The notes below the pieces were generated by a model. That model made no database searches, was not told the origin of the DNA, and saw only the letters and a program-made list of their open reading frames with translations. From the NCBI GenBank assembly GCA_037132275.1, contig JBAXPK010000001.1, forward strand, positions 1,369-65,368: a stretch of 64,000 nt of DNA, given 5' to 3'. The translations under genes and the position numbers were made by a program. Positions 58,756-64,000 of the stretch are shown here, piece by piece. The stretch comes from a bacterium. GTDB lineage: Bacteria > Verrucomicrobiota > Kiritimatiellia > CAIKKV01 > CAITUY01. The stretch's first letter is position 1, and each line of letters opens with the position of its first letter.

Positions 58756-59721
58756 TTACGCCCGTGGGTGCGCATCATTGTACACTTTCTTCAATTTTTC
58801 CACCGTAACATGCGTATAAATCTGGGTGGTGGAAAGACTGGCATGGCCCAGGAGTTCCTGAACACTCCGCAGATCGGCACCGGCATCCAGCATGTGGGTG
58901 GCGAAGGAATGACGCAGGGCGTGCGGCGATATTTCCGGATTCAAATTGGCCGCTAACAGGTATTTCTTCAACAATCGCTCCACGGAGCGGCTCGTCAGTT
59001 TACTGCCATGAACATTCAGAAAAAGCGGCCTGTCATTGGGGCGCCGACGCTCGAGTTCAGGCCAGAGCTCATTGCGAAGCGCCAGGGAGACCTTTAACGT
59101 TTTGGCAGCGGGCCGCCCCAAGGCGCACAGCCGTTCCTTCTTCCCTTTCCCACGCACTTGCACCACGCCGCTCAGCCTATCTACCTGGGGTTCAAGCAGC
59201 CCGACAATCTCGGAAATACGCCCCCCCGTGCTGTATAACACTTCCCAGATCGCCTGGTCGCGATGGGCACAGTATTCCGCCAGTTTCCGCTCCCGCTCCT
59301 GTTTCGGTTTCCTGGCATCGGCCCATAGCTTCATGGGCATTTCCAAAAGGCGGTTGACCTCATCCGGCGACAGAAAATTCGGCAGTTTTTTCGCGCGTTT
59401 TGGGGATTTTAAACCGCTGAATGGGTTTACCGTCACCAGTCCCTCCCGCTCGATAAATTTGTAGAATGCGCGCAGACTGGACAGTTTTCGCGATGTGGTG
59501 GTGGCTTCGCTTCCCCGTTTTTGGAAATCAATCAAAAACGCGCGCGACTTGAATCGATCCACCGAACCCCACGGATATGGCGGCAGGGCATCACCTGTCC
59601 AAGTGAAGCGGACAAACTGGGCGATATCCATGAGATAATTGGCCACGGTATGCCGTGAGGCATTGCGCTCATGTTCAAGATGCGCCACATACAGCGACAC
59701 GTAGGGATCGTCGGTCATCAT
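58756..59721 (-). CDS. xerC: Tyrosine site-specific recombinase XerC/XerD family
   Basis: Catalytic motifs R...HALRHSFATH...LGHASLSTTQIYTHV. Start probably at the internal MMTDDPYVSLY. Confidence 0.8.
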   Translation of the reverse strand: MMTDDPYVSLYVAHLEHERNASRHTVANYLMDIAQFVRFTWTGDALPPYPWGSVDRFKSRAFLIDFQKRGSEATTTSRKLSSLRAFYKFIEREGLVTVNPFSGLKSPKRAKKLPNFLSPDEVNRLLEMPMKLWADARKPKQERERKLAEYCAHRDQAIWEVLYSTGGRISEIVGLLEPQVDRLSGVVQVRGKGKKERLCALGRPAAKTLKVSLALRNELWPELERRRPNDRPLFLNVHGSKLTSRSVERLLKKYLLAANLNPEISPHALRHSFATHMLDAGADLRSVQELLGHASLSTTQIYTHVTVEKLKKVYNDAHPRA

Positions 59722-59803
59722 CGCCCCACCCTTTCCGGCCCCGCCCGGAGCGGGCACGGCGGAGGCAGCGGTGAGATGAGCGGATTTCATAAAATTCCAC
59801 AGG

Positions 59804-60652
59804 TCAGAACCGTCTGAACTTTGAGCCGGGGCGAACCTGACGGGGGGCGGGTTGCTTGGGCTGCTTGGGTTCCTCAAGCAGCAAGGCGTACCACGATTCG
59901 CCTAAGCCAGAGTTGGAAAATTGATTGAACCTGCCATTGGCAACGTGTTCCCAGTTTTTCTCCAAAGTTTCATCATCGGTCGCCGTTTTACCATCCACTA
60001 GAACCTTGAGCGCTTTTTCAGTCTGCTTCTTCCGGATCAACATCCAGGCATAGGAGGCATAAATGAGCGTGGCGTCATGCTTGAATTTCTTCCGGTACTT
60101 ATCATAGGTTTTCTGAAGTTCAGCTTCCTCGCCAAGATGATACTGCCGGCACATTTTCATGCAACACAAGATAGGATCGGCAAGCATGGTTTTAGGCAGA
60201 AGACGATCCACTTCATCAAACTTCTTCAATTGGAAGAGGAACTGCACCCGCAGGGCATTGATCTGCCGGTCAAGCAGCAGGCTCCACCGGCAATAAGGAT
60301 CCATCTTACGGGTGGTTTCCAGCGCCTCGGTGAGCATGGCGTCCTGATCCTTTCGGGCCTGATCCATGATAAACCTGATGTTCCCGCCACGACTGGCGAG
60401 TTGTTCATATTTTCGTTTGAGCACATTGTTTCGTTCCGTGATGCGTGCCTGAATGCCTGCCATAATGGAGTTGATCCTCTTGCGAATCCAGAGTGTGGAC
60501 GAAACCTGTATGCCAACCCCCGCGAGAACCGAGATAACGACACTCCAGACGTGCAGGTGGCAACCGTAATGAAGTCCAACCCACAAACCACCCATGGTGA
60601 GTAATGATAATAATAGAGTCAACATATCCGCTAAAACCTTTCCAAGAATCAA
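59804..60652 (-). CDS. Hypothetical membrane protein (2 N-terminal TM helices plus a coiled-coil/TPR-like region)
   Basis: 282 aa with no recognisable family. Markedly lower GC than its neighbours. Confidence 0.4.
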   Translation of the reverse strand: MILGKVLADMLTLLLSLLTMGGLWVGLHYGCHLHVWSVVISVLAGVGIQVSSTLWIRKRINSIMAGIQARITERNNVLKRKYEQLASRGGNIRFIMDQARKDQDAMLTEALETTRKMDPYCRWSLLLDRQINALRVQFLFQLKKFDEVDRLLPKTMLADPILCCMKMCRQYHLGEEAELQKTYDKYRKKFKHDATLIYASYAWMLIRKKQTEKALKVLVDGKTATDDETLEKNWEHVANGRFNQFSNSGLGESWYALLLEEPKQPKQPAPRQVRPGSKFRRF

Positions 60653-60727
60653 TGATTGATGAAGCGAGTATCCACATCCATGACACGGGGGTCAAGCTCG
60701 CAACAGCGCGCAACAGGCCAGCCTGAC

Positions 60728-63169
60728 TTATGTGGCCACCCAATGGGACAGGATGTAGAGGCCCAACAGGGCGCTCGTGTCATCCGGTCGAACTTTGGGT
60801 CCATCCTTATCGCGGGCTTCACGCATCAACTCCAGATACCACACCCCGGCCCCGAACCGGGGGTCATGCCAGATCAGCGATTCGACAAACACCTCTTCAT
60901 CCCCGCCAAACTCAATTCCATAACGCAAGGCTGCCAACCCGATCGCTAAATCAAACAGCGCGTCTTCAATGCCGTCGATCCGCCCCGCGACATAAGCCAG
61001 TTCGATCTGCCGAGTTTTCTCGATCAATGCCCGTCCCTGTCCTTGCAAATGCTCGCGCGTGGCAGAGGCAATCAAGTCCCTGAGCTTGAACAACATCCGT
61101 TCGACTTCGGATCCACGGGCCCGCTGCTCGCGGACTAAAATTCGATAAAATTCGCTGGGATCGCCGATCAAATCCGCAACGGCCACCGCCAGTGAACGCT
61201 TGAGCACGGGGTTGACCGTCTGTTGCAGGCGCGGCAAAATCTCATAAATGGCGGCCATTTCGCCCAACTTGGCAAGCGCCTCGCTGGAGGCTGACACAAT
61301 CTTCGAGTCGTGGCTTTCCGCCAGCACCTTCATGAGGGGTTCCGTGGCGCGCTCATCGCCAATCTCGCCCAGCGTGCGAGCGGTTTCGGATACCGTTTCC
61401 CGATCACCGTCACTGAGGCGGCGGATGAGCGCGTCAACACTTGACCGGTCATGGGCCTGACGCAACGCCCGGGCAATTTGAGGCATGAGGTCAATGTGGG
61501 GATCATCGAGTTTATGAACCAGGGCCTCCACCGCATCAGGGCTGCCGATCCGGCCCAGCGCCATGGCGGCCTCTTCGCGCACGTCGGCCGAGGTATCATC
61601 CAATTTTTCGATCAGGTCGCGCACAGCAATCCGCAGGCGATCCTCGCCCAGTTTGCGCACCGCATCCGCACGCCCGTCACAGGTCGTCGAACTGAGCATC
61701 GCCAGAATATTATAGGTTCCTGTAAATAACCGCAGCGGATTACCCACATGCAGGCTGGCCAGCGCCGTACGAAAGGTCATCTCACCCTCGCGTTGGCGGA
61801 CGTTTAAGAGCATACGCACAGCCACCAGCCAGACCAACGCCATTTGCATGAGAATCAGGACGTGAAAGAATCCAAACACGGTACCCGTGGGCATAACCCA
61901 GGTAAAGGGATGTGCATTCATCCAATCCATCACTTTGCCGGCAACCAGCGGCCCGAGGGCGCCGATCGCCCCCACCACACTCCAATGCACAGCCATGGCC
62001 ATGGTGCGCCCATGGGCCGGCATCAGCGCCGCCGCCAGACTAACCTGGGACAGGCCCACCCCTGAATAAAATAGCCCGGCAAAAATGTTGACGACCATCA
62101 GGATCAGTATCGGCTGGGCCACGGTGAAGGACGGAAGAAACGGCAAGTCGATCAGCACGGTGATATCGCGCATGAAAAACCAGAAGGCGCCCAGGGATGG
62201 CGCCACGATCATCATGACAGCGCCGAAGTTTCTCGCCCCCACGCGATCCATCACGTAACTCCACAAGAACCCCGCGATGGACGCGCCAATCATGCTGCTG
62301 ATCACCATCGCCGACATGGCGGCATACCCGATATGATAAATGCGATTGAGATACACAAACCCCAGCTGAGCGATCAGTCCGATGCCAAATGTCCAAACCC
62401 CCATGGCCAGTGTCAACCATAGAAAGTCGCGATGGGCGAGTGGATGGAAAAACCGGTTCAAGAGGCCCTCGCGACGGATCACTCCGCCGGGCTTGGGTTC
62501 CGGCACCCACATATGAACAATGACATCCGCAGCCCCGAGAAGCGCGGCAAAGCTGAATACTATGACAAAGCCGGTGAGAAGGCGGCGCGGCTGGGCTGGA
62601 TCGTTGAAAGCATCTAACACCCAACCAGCCAGTACGATACCCACCAACGCGGAAAATGATGCCAGACTGTGCCGGATCCCCCAGAAACTCGCGCGCGATT
62701 GCGCCGGAACTAATTCTGCCATCCAACTCCACCAAGGAGCCGTTCCCAGTTGCGCCAGCACCGCACTGACCGCCACCACGCCCACCACGGCCCCCGCCAC
62801 CCACGACGTGCCGGGCACGACTAGAAGCGGCAGCAAAGCCGGGATAAACCACAACAACCGGTGTAGCAACACCACCGTGCCCCAATAGGGCTTGCGAGCC
62901 GGCAATCGCTCCGCCAACAAAGCGGATGGGATTTGAAGGGCCATGGCCAATTGACCCACCGTGGCCGTCAACCCAATCATGACGCCACTCGCCCCGAGGG
63001 CATTCATAAACATCGTCAGCGGCATGCCGCCCACAATAATGCCCCAGATGCTACCCAGACTACCCGCAATAATATTCACGCGCAGACCCCGGCGGATTTG
63101 AATGTCCGTCAGGGGAGAGCCATCGGTCTTCAATTGTTCCGGAAGGGAATCCGCCATAGTCAACCCCAT
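60728..63169 (-). CDS. MFS transporter fused to a C-terminal HEAT/PBS-lyase-like repeat domain
   Basis: 12-14 TM MFS core followed by repeated units of the form ...A(A/L)..LG.IGD..AVE.L...L.D.... Confidence 0.7.
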   Translation of the reverse strand: MGLTMADSLPEQLKTDGSPLTDIQIRRGLRVNIIAGSLGSIWGIIVGGMPLTMFMNALGASGVMIGLTATVGQLAMALQIPSALLAERLPARKPYWGTVVLLHRLLWFIPALLPLLVVPGTSWVAGAVVGVVAVSAVLAQLGTAPWWSWMAELVPAQSRASFWGIRHSLASFSALVGIVLAGWVLDAFNDPAQPRRLLTGFVIVFSFAALLGAADVIVHMWVPEPKPGGVIRREGLLNRFFHPLAHRDFLWLTLAMGVWTFGIGLIAQLGFVYLNRIYHIGYAAMSAMVISSMIGASIAGFLWSYVMDRVGARNFGAVMMIVAPSLGAFWFFMRDITVLIDLPFLPSFTVAQPILILMVVNIFAGLFYSGVGLSQVSLAAALMPAHGRTMAMAVHWSVVGAIGALGPLVAGKVMDWMNAHPFTWVMPTGTVFGFFHVLILMQMALVWLVAVRMLLNVRQREGEMTFRTALASLHVGNPLRLFTGTYNILAMLSSTTCDGRADAVRKLGEDRLRIAVRDLIEKLDDTSADVREEAAMALGRIGSPDAVEALVHKLDDPHIDLMPQIARALRQAHDRSSVDALIRRLSDGDRETVSETARTLGEIGDERATEPLMKVLAESHDSKIVSASSEALAKLGEMAAIYEILPRLQQTVNPVLKRSLAVAVADLIGDPSEFYRILVREQRARGSEVERMLFKLRDLIASATREHLQGQGRALIEKTRQIELAYVAGRIDGIEDALFDLAIGLAALRYGIEFGGDEEVFVESLIWHDPRFGAGVWYLELMREARDKDGPKVRPDDTSALLGLYILSHWVAT

Positions 63170-63170
63170 C

Positions 63171-64000
63171 TCACGTCGCCACAAAGAAGTCGCCGGAACC
63201 GACCGGTTCACGCCGCACTCGTCCAAGGTTACTCAAGGAATCGATGGCCTGCTCGACTTCAGCAACCGAAAGTCCGAGGGTTTTCGAGATGTCAACAGCG
63301 GTACAGGGATGCCGCTGTAGCAAAGCCAGTATTGTCCCGGATCGTTCAAGTTGATTCATTGCGCCTTTTGGAATGGGCGCCCCGGCTGTGGCCACCCCGA
63401 TCACTTCAGCCACCGGCGAAAAGAGACGGGCCAATTCATCCATGCGAGCGGATGAAACGGGCAGCACCGAACTATCTCTCGCAGGACGTACGGCCGTATT
63501 CAAGTGGATCCGATCCGGCTGAATCCTGCGGGCCAACTCGGCGATACGCCCGATCCTTTCGGGATCATCATTCAGGCCGGACACAACAAAGACTTCCAGC
63601 CAATATTCACCGTGAAAATCAGTCCGGAAGATCTTTAAACCTTCAAGAAAAGCGTCAAACGTCAAGTCAGGATGAGGGTGATGCATCTGTTCAAAAGAAA
63701 CCTGATCCCAGGCACTGAGGGTCGCTTTGACCACATCCGCCCTGGCGGCCGAACCCCGAACTTCGGGGTCTGAAAAAAGCGAACCATTACTCAGCAAGAT
63801 GCGACGCAATGAACATCGCGCCCCAATGGCCTCAATCACCTCGCCAAACCGGAGATGGAGGGTGGGCTCGCCACCGCCAGCCAAGGTTACGCAATCCGCC
63901 TGCCCGTCACGAGCCAGCCAATCATCAAATTCCGCCAGAACCTCAGCCACGGGAACATAGTCGCGTCGCTCCAGCGTTTTCAGTGTGGTCACACCGACCT
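63171..64000 (-). CDS. Radical SAM protein with a C-terminal winged-HTH; N-terminus outside the window
   Basis: LAGGGEPTL SAM-binding glycine motif. C-terminal ILALLQRHPCTAVDISKTLGLSVAEVEQAID is wHTH-like. The CxxxCxxC motif is expected beyond position 64000. Confidence 0.55.
   Translation of the reverse strand, partial: VGVTTLKTLERRDYVPVAEVLAEFDDWLARDGQADCVTLAGGGEPTLHLRFGEVIEAIGARCSLRRILLSNGSLFSDPEVRGSAARADVVKATLSAWDQVSFEQMHHPHPDLTFDAFLEGLKIFRTDFHGEYWLEVFVVSGLNDDPERIGRIAELARRIQPDRIHLNTAVRPARDSSVLPVSSARMDELARLFSPVAEVIGVATAGAPIPKGAMNQLERSGTILALLQRHPCTAVDISKTLGLSVAEVEQAIDSLSNLGRVRREPVGSGDFFVAT

Noticed and set aside
58756-59877. XerC-family recombinase as a marker of a prophage or integrative element
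   Set aside because: Its motifs match housekeeping XerC/XerD rather than phage integrases. No att-like direct repeats, tRNA target or phage genes flank it.

Overview
This is a high-GC (about 60%+) bacterial chromosomal segment that is densely packed with coding sequence on both strands. I found no rRNA or tRNA genes, no CRISPR array and no clear insertion sequence.

Gene content from left to right:
- A partial acyltransferase-3 family gene, then a minus-strand block of araB (ribulokinase), a CitMHS/ArsB/NhaD-type transporter and a TonB-dependent receptor.
- A divergent pair of secreted beta-propeller proteins: a PQQ-like repeat protein and an NHL-repeat protein.
- A sigma70-like promoter, a cobalamin (B12) riboswitch and an intrinsic terminator, leading into a 15-gene anaerobic-type cobalamin biosynthesis and cobalt ECF transport operon (cobO, cbiA, C, D, E, L, F, G, H, J, X, M, N, Q, O).
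- A GT2 glycosyltransferase, CPBP protease and MtnA operon.
- A minus-strand coaC, 58-aa membrane ORF and transmembrane Ser/Thr kinase operon.
- A long minus-strand housekeeping run: kdgK, uxaC, rsmB, rlmN, murJ, a MerR-like hypothetical, GGCT, gmhA, an oligopeptide-type substrate-binding protein, secG, tpiA, pgk and gap.
- cstA and an RsmC-like methyltransferase.
- pdxB and a MetE-like protein.
- glpD followed by a complete futalosine-route menaquinone locus (mqnD, an MqnB-UbiA fusion, ubiX-like, ubiD-like, a UbiE/MenG-MqnA fusion and a tandem double radical-SAM MqnC/MqnE-family fusion), interrupted by larC and larB on the opposite strand.
- waaA, xerC, a low-GC hypothetical membrane protein, an MFS-HEAT repeat fusion and a partial radical-SAM/wHTH gene at the window edge.

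The most unusual features are the triple gene-fusion architecture of the futalosine pathway, the unresolved start of cbiH, an apparently frameshifted topoisomerase-type zinc-ribbon mini-gene flanked by two perfect 12-bp palindromes, a 7-bp microsatellite inside pdxB, and an unannotated small ORF coupled to coaC and the kinase.
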